The translations under genes and the position numbers were made by a program. DNA of 64,000 nucleotides from Camelus ferus (Eukaryota), in NCBI RefSeq assembly GCF_009834535.1, contig NC_045697.1:84942001-85006000 (forward strand), written 5' to 3'. The notes beneath the pieces were generated by a model, which worked only from the letters and a program-made list of their open reading frames with translations, did not search any database and had not been told where the DNA came from. Below are positions 51,995 to 64,000 of this stretch, piece after piece; within the stretch, counting starts at the first letter, position 1, and each line of letters starts with the position of its first letter.

Positions 51995-52984
51995 TCATGA
52001 GCCTCTGTGACAAGTTCAGCTCCATCTACTGAGAGCCTGATAGATCAGCACTGTGCTCTTGCTGAGGATATAAAGATTATCTATTTATATTTTAAAATAC
52101 TTACAGGAAGAAAAATATTTGAAGTCCTGATAAGTTTTCTTTTTTCCGTTTTCTCCTCTTCTTTTGTATATGATGTTATCAGTAGTCTAAAATAATAACA
52201 TATACACGTTCAAAGCAAAACTGATTTTTAGTGTAGTGCTGGCTGTGGCAAAGAGTAGAGATGGATAAACTTACCCATCAAGAAGCAATCCTTCAGACTT
52301 ATAAACAAGAGAAATATACTTTTTTAGTTGATAATACATGCTCCTTAATCATCATCCAACATTTTCATCAGATTTTATCACATATTTAGAATACCAATTC
52401 TTCACTCAATCTAAAATGAACTCACATCTTTGACTTTCAAGCTAATTCGCCAAAGCTAATACATACACTAAAAATAAGTTATATTGTGAGTTTACAATAT
52501 TTTTATATTTGCTCACAGAATCCAGGAAATAAAATAACATAAAGATGGTGTATAAAATAATTTGATGAATATTCAAAGTTAGATTTAAAAATTAAATATT
52601 AAGCAACAACTTTGGTCATTTGGTCAAGTTGAACTACACATGAGGCTAAATAATCACTAAATGTGATTACAGACCACTAGAGCAGAGTGAAAAGTGATTG
52701 GCTATGGATAAGGGATGTCATGTGGCTGATAAACAGATTTCCGCTTCTTTAAGCTTCTAGGAGCAAGACTGGTGTCCTAACATGGATGGAGCTGAGCTTG
52801 CATATGGAGACAAAGGATCAGATCAGAAGGCTATAGGGGCATGAACCAGGGAAGATAGTAATACCTTGGACAATTGATTGGCACAGCTTCCTACAATCAG
52901 ATTGCTCATACAGCATGACTACCTTGAAAACTGTAAACCTTCCACCACAAAAGTCAACACTTTTTGTTGATAAGATATAGTATA

Positions 52985-53150
52985 GTGCAATGATTCTCAC
53001 GCTTAGAATCACTTGGGGAGCCTTAAAAAAATACCAAAGTTTAGATCCCAAGAGGCTGTGATTTCATTGGTCAGGGGTGGGGTCCAGACATTAGTGGTTT
53101 TAAGCTCCCCTAGAGATTAGAATGTGCAAAGTGAACAAGCCTTGGATCGC
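52985..53150. mobile_element. MER5B-like MITE
   Basis: ttagaatcacttggggagccttaaaaaaatacc...gatttcattggtcaggggtgggg...tttaagctcccc. Confidence 0.75.
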
Positions 53151-53159
53151 TCGTTACCA

Positions 53160-53320
53160 GCACAAGACGTGGAGTCATACTCACGAGGTCCAATATATTC
53201 CCGCTTGGCCTCTTTCTAGCTGTGCAACCTTGGGAAAGTTAAACTTAAGTGGCATTCCCCTCTACTACTCTCTTCCTTCCTGCAGTGTGGATAAAAGAGT
53301 ACCTATCCCACGACTGATCT
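53160..53320 (+). mobile_element. MIR SINE
   Basis: ttctagctgtgcaaccttgggaaagttaaactta...ggataaaagagtacctatcc. Confidence 0.65.
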
Positions 53321-53334
53321 AAAGAACTGTAAAG

Positions 53335-53900
53335 TCTGAATCCTATGCAATTTTGTGAGAACTCTCTTTAATTAAAAATTTATATAAAATCATTCATGTA
53401 AACTTACGACAGAAGCAAATTTGTGTTTAGGATGAGAAAAGACCTCCCTAATAACTGCTCATTCTTAGAAGCTGACAAATTCAGAAAACTAACATAAAAT
53501 TTGCATTAATTGCCTGGCAGTCCTTTATTATATTTTCCCTTTTTCCTTTGCCTTCATATTTCTTTGATCATCTCTTCACATGGCAATAATCTTGCAATGT
53601 CATTTTCTGTAGAGAGATTATTAAAAATTTCATTTGTTCTACAGCATGATTCATGAAAATTATTTTTTTATTATTGATAGCATAGAGAGTGTCTTATACT
53701 ACCATAACTCTTTACTGTTATTGATTGGTAAATTTTAGGATTGTTGTCATAATTGGAAATACTTCTTTCAAAGTTCTTGTAAGAGATATAAGAGTTAAGG
53801 GTATTTGAAGTTTTCGTATGTAGTAACTGTATTTTCAAATCTTTGAATAGATGACTCTTTAACTGGTTTTCTGATTTTTATATTATCTTTGTTGATGTCA
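53335..53900 (-). mobile_element. Zaphod-like hAT-Tip100 DNA transposon with transposase C-terminal remnant
   Basis: Minus-strand frameshifted peptide EVFPIMTTILK...LSIIK...LSTENDIARLLPCEEMIKE resembles the hAT dimerisation domain. Confidence 0.75.
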
Positions 53901-56083
53901 GTGTTTCATACAACAACTAGGAAAAACCAGTATAGATGTGATTAGGCAAGGCCATTTAAAAGTAAAGAAGATAGAGCAAAGATGTTGTCTGGCAAAAAGT
54001 AGGGAGCAGAATTTGCAGAGTGTGGTGTTCAGCTAGGGCAACAGTGAGCAACAAGCTGAAAAAAAATGTGTGGAGCCAGGATGGGGGTGAGAAGAAGTAG
54101 GGGCTGAGGTCAGGAAATCTGCCTTTGGGTTAAGGAGTCAAAGGCCTGTGAATGGATCACCAAATGTATGAAAGGTAATGACAGTATAAAAATAAGATTA
54201 TTAGCATCCTGAGTCAGACAGGCTTGAATTTTAGCTTGAGAAGCCTTGCTAAAAATAACTCCACACGGAAGGAACTTTGAACCACACAAGCATATTCAAC
54301 AGAGCCCAAAGTACTATCTAAACTTGTCCTTAGCTAGATACCAAAAATATATGGAGCAGAAGTTTGGGGAAAAAAACTAAATTAATTTAATAAAGTAATA
54401 TGTATTTTATAGTTCTATATAATGTATATACATAGTTAATTAAGTAAATTTATTATACATTATATTGTATTATATAAATGTAACTCCCAAAATTTCTATT
54501 TTATCATAAGCATATTTACTACTTAATGCATTTCCCCTTAAGTTTTATGTGTTTACATTGTCAAAGAAAGAAAAGTATTTTTTATCTTCTCGTTGGAAAA
54601 GGGGGTATCGGCTTTTTTCAGGTTCACACTACATTTGAGCTTACAGAGCAGGTCTATGCTTATCACAAGGATTCCACGTAGAGAAAAATTCCCTGATTCT
54701 ATAATTTTCACATGCATTTGCAGTGATGTTTATGCCTCTAGTATACATCACTGGGGCATTTGATCTATCTGTACATGATTAAATTGGGCATGATAGAGGA
54801 AATCTTACAACTTAAGTAGGAGGAAAGCTCTGTATAGTGGCTGATACGACTTCTGCCCTCTTGGCTCAAAAGGAAAAATGTACCATTTTCTCTATGTTTT
54901 CTAAAATAGAATATTAGTTGAATAGATGCCAACTCTGTGGGTAGACATCAATCTCAATGTAAAACCTTTACTTTGTTATTATGTTTATGCTCCCTTTTTT
55001 ATATATTGACTGTTAGCAATTAAAGCAGTCTTTGGGGCAACATTAACAAAGCGAATAAATAAGATGGGGTATCTCCACTAATTTGCATAGAAACAAATTA
55101 GTAAAAATATATGTTAAATATTTTATCTCATGAATTTACACACACATATTAGCGTAATACATCTATAGAGGTCTTTCAAACTCCCTGATCCTTGGAAGAA
55201 AAAGTGTTTATTCTTCTCTTTGTTTTTGTAACTTATTCAGTGCCAAGTTTAGCAGCTCATCCAAACTGTGAAACCGCACTTGAAGTCCAAAAATGTCACA
55301 AGCACTGGGATCAAATTAAGAACACGATGGGAAGCAGGATCCTTAGATGAAATCAGAAAGGTTAAGAGTCCATTTCATTGTCTAAACTTGAAATATGTGC
55401 TGCCTAATTTTCATTTGAGGTTTCCTGAATTGTTGGTAGGGAGATTATTTTCATTATCACTATGTTTTCAAGATAATGAATATAATTATATAATTATTTC
55501 CTCCTATAAGTTTTAAAACAGGAACATTTCTACACTAGAGTCCTTCAGCAAACTTTCAAAACACAGAAGCATTGTCATTTCACTTGATCAGTGACTAAGC
55601 AGGTGCTGAGAAGAGTAAAGGGTTGCTAAATACCAGAATAGCAGTTTACTTTTTAGAAAGCTGTATCATTAACTCTCAGAAATAAGGCACCAGGTTCTCT
55701 GGGCTACTTTCTCTTCTTTCTTTTTCTGTGTCTGTCCAGAGAGCACTCTGTGAATAAATTCTCTAAAAAGAGGAAGACCTTTTCATCATAGATTTTTGAG
55801 GCAATGTGGAAAGAATCAGAAAAAATTTAAGGGGCAGCTTTCCATAAGTCACTGAAGCTGCTTTCCAATCTTCACAAGACTTTCCAAAAATTAAGAGGAA
55901 GTTATATAAGTGCACTGAGACCATATAAGTCACTCTTCCTTTCTCTTCACCCCCTTTTTAAGAACTGAGATTGCAAAGAAAATTTCATCATGTAATTGAG
56001 TCTTTCTTGAATCCAAGATTTTTCCTTACCTCTAGGCTCTTATTGTTCTTTAGTGCATATTACCTTTAAATCTCTCTTCCCCC

Positions 56084-56144
56084 ACACACCCTCACACACA
56101 TACACAGACGCAGACACAGACACACACAGACACACACACACACA
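56084..56144. repeat. Interrupted (CA)n microsatellite
   Basis: cacacaccctcacacacatacacagacgcagacacagacacacacagacacacacacacacag. Confidence 0.9.
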
Positions 56145-56639
56145 GCATATCATGTAAAGGAAGGGCACATGGAGATAAAACAATAGCGATCAGATGAGGT
56201 TGAAAAAAAACTTAATCTTACTCTGTGTTCTTTCCATCATATGTGATTTTTTTAAATGTAAAACTATTTAAAATTTAAAAGGAAACCCACAAAACAGCAT
56301 TAGCTTCTGAGTTAAACAGTTCCTTTACATTTAGTGAAGATTACAGCCAAACTGAAAATGTAGATCACACTAGCAAGAAAGCGATTTCAAGTCCAGAGTG
56401 CAAAGTGAAACAGTGCAAAGTGCAGCAGACAACCGGTGAGACAACGGTGTGAACATCAGTCATAATGTGATTTAGAATCCAGAAAGTGGATTGTATCAAG
56501 AGTTTGAAGAGAAGTTTCTACTAATGATATGATGCCTGCTAGAAAGACCTGTGTGAATTCTATTGCATTTCTCACCCATTCTAGAACCAGGCGCTGTACC
56601 TTATGTCAAAGTCAGCCTTTGCTTGTCTTTCCTCGGGGC

Positions 56640-56950
56640 TCCTCCAGATCTTTACTCCCTTACTCCCACTTCATACATGCTTTCCATTCCTTGAGCCCAT
56701 CAGAATTCCACCAGTCTTTCACAGAGGCTTTCTTGATTTTCCCTGTCTGTTTGTAATCATAACCTCCTTTGAAACTTAATGGCATTTTTGCCCTTTTCCT
56801 ACACAGATCTAATGCATGGTGTAGATCTAACGACTCTGCAACCAGATAAGGTCCTTGAGGACAAGGTTGAATCATCACTATATTTTTGCTACTCACATCT
56901 TGCCTTGTACTTAGTATGAGCTCAGCCATGGGGTATTTAAGTGAATAGAT
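56640..56950 (+). mobile_element. L2 fragment
   Basis: ccagataaggtccttgaggacaagg...cttagtatgagctcagccat...aagtgaat. Confidence 0.55.
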
Positions 56951-57120
56951 TTTCCAAAGCTGCAACAATTCAACTGTGCTCATAGCATCTGTTCTGTCAT
57001 TAGGTAAGAGAAACATGTTTGTCAGAATACTTGCTAATGTTAAAATACTTATAGTTCATAATTACTCTAGTTCAAAGAAAGAGTTGTGCATGGAAGTAAC
57101 AGGAATGGATAAAGGTGGGA

Positions 57121-57155
57121 ATGGAGAATGGTGGGGATGGAGAATGGTGGGGATG
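57121..57155. repeat. Perfect 16-bp tandem duplication
   Basis: (ATGGAGAATGGTGGGG)x2 followed by ATG. Confidence 0.95.
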
Positions 57156-57499
57156 AAGAAATTGACAAAAGGGAGAGAAGGATCAAACTGATGGATGTGT
57201 AGGTCAGTCATGCTGGAAAAACAAGTTGTAAGAGAAAAGATAATCACTTCATTTCCCTGCTAAGCTTTTTGTTGGCTAAGCTTTCCCTGTGATTCAGGAA
57301 AGTATTTCCTGAGTTTCTGGACCTCAGAAATCATAACTCTGTGAAGAGCTTCAGACATTTGGCTCTTAGCAGTTTCGGAATACCAGAGTCAGTAGATGAA
57401 TTAGTGATCGAGTATTATTAAGGCTTATTGAATATGGCACTGATATATCTGAGTTTACTAATTCTGAACCTTTTTAAAAAATTGCCTTTATTATGCATG

Positions 57500-57990
57500 T
57501 AGAACCATGTTGCTAAGACAGAAGTATAACTGTGATCTCTGCCTCTAATTAACTTGTAGTTTGGGGACGTCAGTAGTTAAATAGCAACAAGATCCAGTGA
57601 ATAGTCAAACGTAAATGAATTATATGATAGAATATGTTTCTCAAGTTTGAGTGATCGAAAATATGAGTTTCTATAGCCCTGCTCCCTCTTTTTGCAGAGG
57701 CAAATGTGAGATATGCAGAATGACATGTTAAAGGGCACACAGCTAATGACAGAGTCAGAACTAGACCCAGATACCCTAAGAGGATAAAATTATCATGGGC
57801 TATACTGATCAAAGAAGACTTCACAGAAGAAGTGGAGTCCAAACACATCTTGGAAAGCTGGGTACGAAAAAGGCAATTATAAAAGAAGCAATGCAAAATT
57901 GGGAATGACCAGATATGATCAGGGAAAAGTATGAATAACTTTTTGGTAGGAACAACAGTTTGTGTTTAATAACAGAATGTGATAAATTTG
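57500..57990 (-). mobile_element. L2 fragments
   Basis: ctctgcctctaattaacttgtagtttgggg...atcaaagaagacttcacagaagaagtggag. Confidence 0.5.
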
Positions 57991-58318
57991 GAAATTTTTA
58001 AAATTTTGCTGTAGAGTTAAAATTTTTCCAAGAATAATTTAAAAAATTTCTGACCAAAATAATAACATAATTAAAGTCATGTACTTCTTGAAAATAAATC
58101 TATCTAAAATTTTGGGGGATAGTTAAGAGAGGGGAGAGAAGAGGAGAATATGGAATAATTAAAAATAATTGTAATAACACAGCTTGGAAGATGAGGGTAT
58201 GTACAAATGGAAATGAGAGGGGAATAATTGCTCAGGAAAAATTAGCAGAAATTCTAGAGTGCTTCTAAAGGAGATTACCCCTAGAATGCATGGAAAGTAA
58301 ATCAGGATGCAGTGTGGG

Positions 58319-58352
58319 TTTTTTTGTTTGTTTTGTTTTTGTTTTTGTTTTT
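58319..58352. repeat. (TTTTG)n-type simple repeat
   Basis: tttttttgtttgttttgtttttgtttttgttttt. Confidence 0.9.
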
Positions 58353-59164
58353 GAGTAAAGGAAGGAGGAGCTGATAGGTGTGTGGGGTGGGGGAGGTGGT
58401 GATAATAATAGATTCTGGTGAGTTTGCAGCGATCCATTGACTCCCAAATCAAAATGCCCTGTAGGCAATTAGAAATGTGATATTAGAGTTCATGATAGCG
58501 GTCTAGATTAAAGAAATAGACTTGAAATTATACAAATAGAGGTGATAATTGAAACCATAAGACCTGATAAGGCTCATGTGAAACAGAAGGAAGGGAATTA
58601 CAGACCCTATGATTATAGTCCCTTATTAAAGAATTAACTTTGGTCACACTCAAAGAGAAATAGAAAATGAAAAAAACATCAATTTATTTTGTAAAGCCTG
58701 TGCTTAAATTTTTTTTATTAAATTTGACCCAATTTCATACATAATACATATACATACAATTTTGATAAATGTTCCTCTGACAACGACTACTGTTAACACT
58801 GTTATGAGTACTACTGATTCTTAAATTAGTGCATATTGGGTAGCATACACAATATAATATTTACATCAGAACGGTTTAAATTGTTGAAATTCATTAAATA
58901 TTGTTAGGTGTTAGGACATAACATCATGGAGACAAATTTAATATGAGGTTAAATTCTAGTCACCTCATAAGAAACATAATACAAAAGACAAAATTGGAGT
59001 ACCTCTTAACTGGCCCAGAGTAGGTATATTACGTATGTGTGTGAGTGTACATGCATGTATATAGAACATGATCTGAGGATACGTGTACTCTATGTAATAG
59101 TATTAAAAAATGTATGAAAAATAACTTTCATGCTAGTTTATCTTATTGGGTGAGTATGAATGTA

Positions 59165-59555
59165 CTCACTAATTGAACAAATATTTATTGCATACTTAAC
59201 AGAAATTGCATCCTAGTTCAGAGAGACAAACAATAAATGACATCATTAACATACGTATAAGCAAGTTAAATTGTGACAAGGAAGAAATTACAACTGGAAA
59301 GGAGATGAGGGACTGTTGGCAGGGCTGATTTTCAAAATAGGTTGGTCAAGGAAGATTTTACTGAGAAGGCAACAATAAGGAAAGACCTGAAAGAAGTATG
59401 GGGGTGAGTCATAGTAATCTCTAGGGGAAAACATTCTTTTAGGACATTTCAAAAACCAGCGCCTTCTCAGAGTGAAAAGAAGCCATTAGGCCTTTGGGCA
59501 GAGGAGTGATGGAATCTGACTGTAGGATCTCTCCCATGGCTGCACTGAGAACTGG
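59165..59555 (-). mobile_element. L2 3' region
   Basis: aacaaatatttattg...ggttggtcaaggaagattttactgagaagg...aagacctgaaagaagt...gcagaggagtgatggaatctgact...ggatctctcccatggctgc. Confidence 0.75.
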
Positions 59556-61179
59556 TAAATACGCATCCATGTATTGCCACTGTGTTCCACACTCCCTAGA
59601 AGTGTATGATGTGCAGAAACACAAAATGCCTTTTAGCACTACAGTTCCTAACGAGATCAAGACTAAAGCTGGCTTGGAGGTTCTAATATGTCCAGGCAGA
59701 ACTGGCTGTTTGACTATAGAATCTTTTCCAACAATGACCTGCCAAGCCATCTTTTTCCTGCAAAGGAACACAGCAGAATGACATCATCACCAAGCATGGT
59801 CATTAATGAATGTGGATTACTGAATAAGCACAAGCAACATGTGTCTGGGTCACTTTAAAAGAAAACTATTGATTTTATTTTAAGGGAAAGGCATTATTAA
59901 AAAATAATAATAATGCCACCTAGCAACTTAATTAAGCAAAGCCAGTATGATGATTTGGTCAGAGTGGAAAAACAACAGACCTGGTTTTCTTCATATGGCA
60001 AAATTGAATAGAGATGGACCAAATAAATTCTGTGTACTTTTTCAGTTAGTTTCCCTTCAGTGCCAGGCTTAATTTTAGCATTATTTAGATGGGTATGCAT
60101 CTCACTGGTGATCTACAAGACAGTCAAAGTGCAGTGATGGTCATCGGTAACATTGCTTAGTTTTCTGATTGGTAAACTTTGATACATTTTGATATGACAT
60201 TCATATAACATAAAATTAATGATGTATTTTATCCTGTTTTATTTCAGTGATGTTTGAGTCATCCTAACATGTGAAAAGCCTTGAAATTTAAAAAAAAAAT
60301 TTCTCTTGTCTTATATGTGGAAAATATTTAGTGTCTCCAAAAGAATAGAACATTATGATATGAGGCAGAAATTAAACCTTTAAGTAACTTTTGTAAAAAA
60401 GTTGCTAAAAATTATAAATTTCACATTAAAGAAAAAATAGAGCACAGTGGATCTGTATAAGTGCTAAGTAATGTGAGTAGTTAGAAATAAAAACCCACAG
60501 AGCCTTAGGACTCTGTGGGACCTTAAAGCCCAACCTCATGCTTGTGTGGGCAACACACTACACATTTGTACACATATACAGGGAGCGTGGTTAGGCTGTT
60601 AAGTTGTCAGATCAATGATACTCAGATACACATCACAAGACAGGGGTATTTCCTTTATTCATTCAATATACACTATTTATTGCATGCATCCTGAGCATTA
60701 GCACTCTGCTGGTGCTGATACTGTAAAAATCAATAAGATATGACTTCAGCTCCTTCTAGATTAGCTCTTCAACGGCTTAAATAATTATGTACATTAAAAT
60801 ATAGGAGTATCAATTATCTTCTTGGTCATGAAAATAATTATTTGATTTAGAAATAGTATATTTCTACCACTAAACTTTCAACTACCATATACCCTAGCAC
60901 TGTAAGTAAGAAAACAAAGAATCACTCAAAGAATCTGGAAATGTCTTATTGCTAAGAAAAGACGTTTACATTAAAGTTTGATTTTCACTGTGTTCTTGAT
61001 AATAAATATAACAGGTTTTAACCAGTAATAGATTTTTTAAAATGAACACTCACACTCCAGTCTAGAGTTTGGATAACTTTTTCAAACATGGGAAATGAAT
61101 ATTTGGAGGAGTTCGGTTTATTTGTTAGGTCAGTTACTGAAATAACTTGCCCACTTTCTGCCTCGTCTTGGTATTCACA

Positions 61180-61525
61180 GAATCACGTAATTTCCCAGAC
61201 TTCCCTTTCTCACCTTTCTAATTGCATATTGAAAAGGACTGCTGTGAATTTTCTACAAATATTATTCTCTCATGTTACTCCCAGGTTCAAAATTCTTACT
61301 ACTGACAAACTACACTCCTCCCAAATTTGGTTCCAACAGAACTTATAACCTTGCTCCACTCCCTTACTGCTCCAACCTACTTACTGCTCCAACCAAGCAG
61401 ATTTTCCAGTTGTTTTCTAGACGTGGAACACTCATTCTTGATTCTGTCTCTACTCAAGATGAAGTCAGAGATACATTGTGCTAATATGTGGCCATGCATG
61501 GAGAAAGGAAATGCTTAAATGACCA
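61180..61525 (+). mobile_element. L2 fragment
   Basis: tcatgttactcccaggttcaaaattctt...aaatgcttaaatga. Confidence 0.5.
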
Positions 61526-63479
61526 GTATTTGCTTTTAATTTGTTGCTATGGAAATGAGAGATATTGCCCCGTGATATTTATTTATGTTCTATGTCAGTG
61601 TTGCATGATGATAATGATTCAATTAATAACAACAAAGTTTTATGAACAGGAACAAAGCCAGAGTAATGAAGAAATAATCTCCACAGTTAAAATAGAAATT
61701 TATCTATAACACTGACAGTCACTGAACACAGGATTGTGGAATATAAACAAAGGGAGGCTTGATTCATTCCTGTTAGCTGGGAAGACAGAAGTTATGATTC
61801 GCACATAGCATGGAGTTTCTCTCTGCACTATGTGAAAGTCAACTTTTCTCCTTACTGAAAATGCTTACCCCAAGCTTTTCTGGCCATTTAGAGCCTATCT
61901 TTCCATCATGGCCATTCGCCACCGTGTTCTCCACTTTACTCTGAACTCTGAGGGTACCTTATCCCTGAACAGGTTTGTCAGGGTGTCTGCCATGACGTCT
62001 AGCAGGAATTCCCCACTGCCTCCTAGCTCGCTGCTCTGGGAATCAGTGAGTGTACTGTGAATTCATTATACATATAGTATTAAGGTGACCATAATTCTGT
62101 TTCGACTGAAATAGACCAAGTGCATGCCTTTCATCACAATGTCCTGTTAGTTTAGCAAGATTTAAAAAAAACTTTTAACCAAATATTACTATTGAAACTG
62201 CCTTAAAATAGACCAGGGTGGGTTTAATGGACTTCTTTACCCACCCAGCTTCTACAAGGACTTGTTTAGCAAAGTACAGTTAAATCTTTAACATACCGTT
62301 AAATCTGGAAGTTGATCATAAATACATCTCTCGTTTTCCAACTTTTATCAAATTCAACATAAGTGTAATTAACACTTCCCTTGTATGAAGAGCATGTGGG
62401 ACACTTGCTATTAAAGTGAATAGCGCTCAGGCACAAACTAATTCCTGGGAGTACTAATTCCATGCTGTCCCACTTAGCTGTGCCGTTAGAGAAGCAAAAG
62501 TCAGTCCAGAAGATGAGAAACATGGAAAAGAAAAGTAAGAGGTTTGTGAACTAAGTGAGGGGTGGAGGACTTCCATGTAGCAGATAGAGAGTATGCTCGC
62601 TATTTGTGGATGCCGTTTATTTACAGAGTAATCTATTTAGCTATTGTGTTGTTTGTTAATTTTTTTGTTATTCATGAAATGCCTCAGCAACAATGATCTC
62701 AAAAAGGGAACATGTTTAGTAGAAAAATTAAGTACTGAGTTTCTCTTTTTTACAAAGCTTAATTATGAACATGTAATTCATGCAGCTTACCAACACCTCA
62801 CATCTATCAGGGACTATGCTAATATAATATCCCTGACCACAGAAAAATCAGGAGATACAAATCTGCTGAAAAAATATCAGTAAATGCTTCAAAAGTTAGT
62901 AGTTCTTTCTAAAACACTGTGCCCAAAGAGAACTATTCAACATGGTCAGACAAAGAAAGTGCTTTTATATATCATTTGGTGGAACATTTTAATTTTTTTC
63001 CATATAGAACAAATGACAATTCTTCTAAGTAAATTCCATGTCTTTTTTCATTACAAGTTTTTTTGTGCATATATAAAATGTGAAGTAATAGTTAATAGTT
63101 GTCTCTAGTAATAGGAGAACGTGCCAAACATAAATATCAACTTTCTATCAGTATATTCAGATACTTCAAAGAGAAAATTAAGTCCAACCATGGTTCAATT
63201 ACTTTTAACCCAATTCTTAACAATCAAAGCAAAATTTTGGAAGATTATTCTGTTTAGCTAAACAATCTGACATAACTGTGCATTCAACCAACATGCTCAA
63301 TTTTGAAGAAAATAAAATGCGCTTTGCTGTGAGCATACAAATTCACATTTGGATGGAGTACACTGTCATGGAAAAAACAATGTTCTGCTACATTAAGAAA
63401 CAAGTGGACAAGAATATGCTTGAGATTGGTTATGATGCACATATAATTTATACTTGCATCCACTACAGCTGAGATATTC

Positions 63480-64000
63480 TACTGATCAAAATAGAAGTTG
63501 AAGTATGAAACCACAAAAGACCCCAAGGAGACAAAGAAATTGTGAGAAAGAAGGCCAAAGCTGGAGGCATCACACTATCTGATTTCAAACTATGCACTAC
63601 AAAGCTGTAATAATTAAAACAGTATGGTACTGGCATAAAAATAGAAACATACACCAATAGAAGATCAAGGGACCAGAAAAAACTCCCTTATATGGTGAAC
63701 TAATATTTTATAAGACAGCCACGAACAGTCAATGGGGAAAGGACAGTTTCTTTAACAAATGGTATTGGGAAAACTAGATAACCACATGCAGAAAAATGAA
63801 ATCAACATCTTACATGGCTTACAAAAATTAACTCTAACTGGATTAAAGATGTAAACGTAAGACCTGAAACTATAATACTGCTATAAGAAAACAGAGGAAA
63901 AAGCTCCTTGCATTGGTTTTGGCAGTGACTTTTGAATGTGACACCAAAAGCATGAGCAACAAAAGCAAAAATTAGTAAGTGGGACTACATCAAACGGAAA
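63480..64000 (+). mobile_element. LINE-1 ORF2 fragment running off the window end
   Basis: Frameshifted KAGGITLSDFK...YKAVIIKTVWYWHKNR...[12 protein letters not shown]...WIKDVNVRPET. Confidence 0.95.

Noticed and set aside
9604..52297. Chain of small - strand exon-like units (52275-52297, 35049-35082, 9604-9635) that can be joined in frame, e.g. SEGLLLDG+ADMIAGAAASVL
   Set aside because: Acceptors are weak to moderate (one is AAG), the phases do not form one consistent chain, no peptide is recognisable, and such pairs arise by chance in 64 kb
1..64000. CRISPR arrays, tRNA/rRNA/snRNA genes, operon-like or viral systems
   Set aside because: No regularly spaced repeats, structural-RNA signatures or long ORFs seen; the short tandem duplications (e.g. 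43104-43137, 57121-57155, 61363-61394) are isolated slippage-type events

Overview
This is AT-rich, CpG-poor placental-mammal genomic DNA with no recognisable protein-coding exon, RNA gene or CRISPR-like array. The ORF track is chance ORFs plus decayed LINE-1 ORF2 pieces. A substantial part of the window is old eutherian repeats: MIR, L2, L1M, MaLR/ERVL solo LTRs, and MER5, MER53 and Zaphod hAT DNA transposons. The young L1 3' tail at ~51.6 kb and the absence of Alu, Bov-tA, CHR or PRE SINEs fit a cetartiodactyl, most likely a camelid (inference from remembered consensus sequences). The window is most likely part of a very long intron or gene desert; I could not identify the host gene. The most interesting non-repeat signals are a compact node at 29.3-29.6 kb (+ strand recursive-splice-like AG|GT site, - strand 36-nt exon candidate, G-quadruplex motif), a 60-nt cassette-exon candidate at 20.9 kb, an unidentified retrocopy-like segment at 24.8-25.6 kb, and enhancer/CTCF-like elements at 1.3 and 5.3 kb. 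I found no convincing novel biological system. Repeat boundaries and subfamily names are by-eye estimates.
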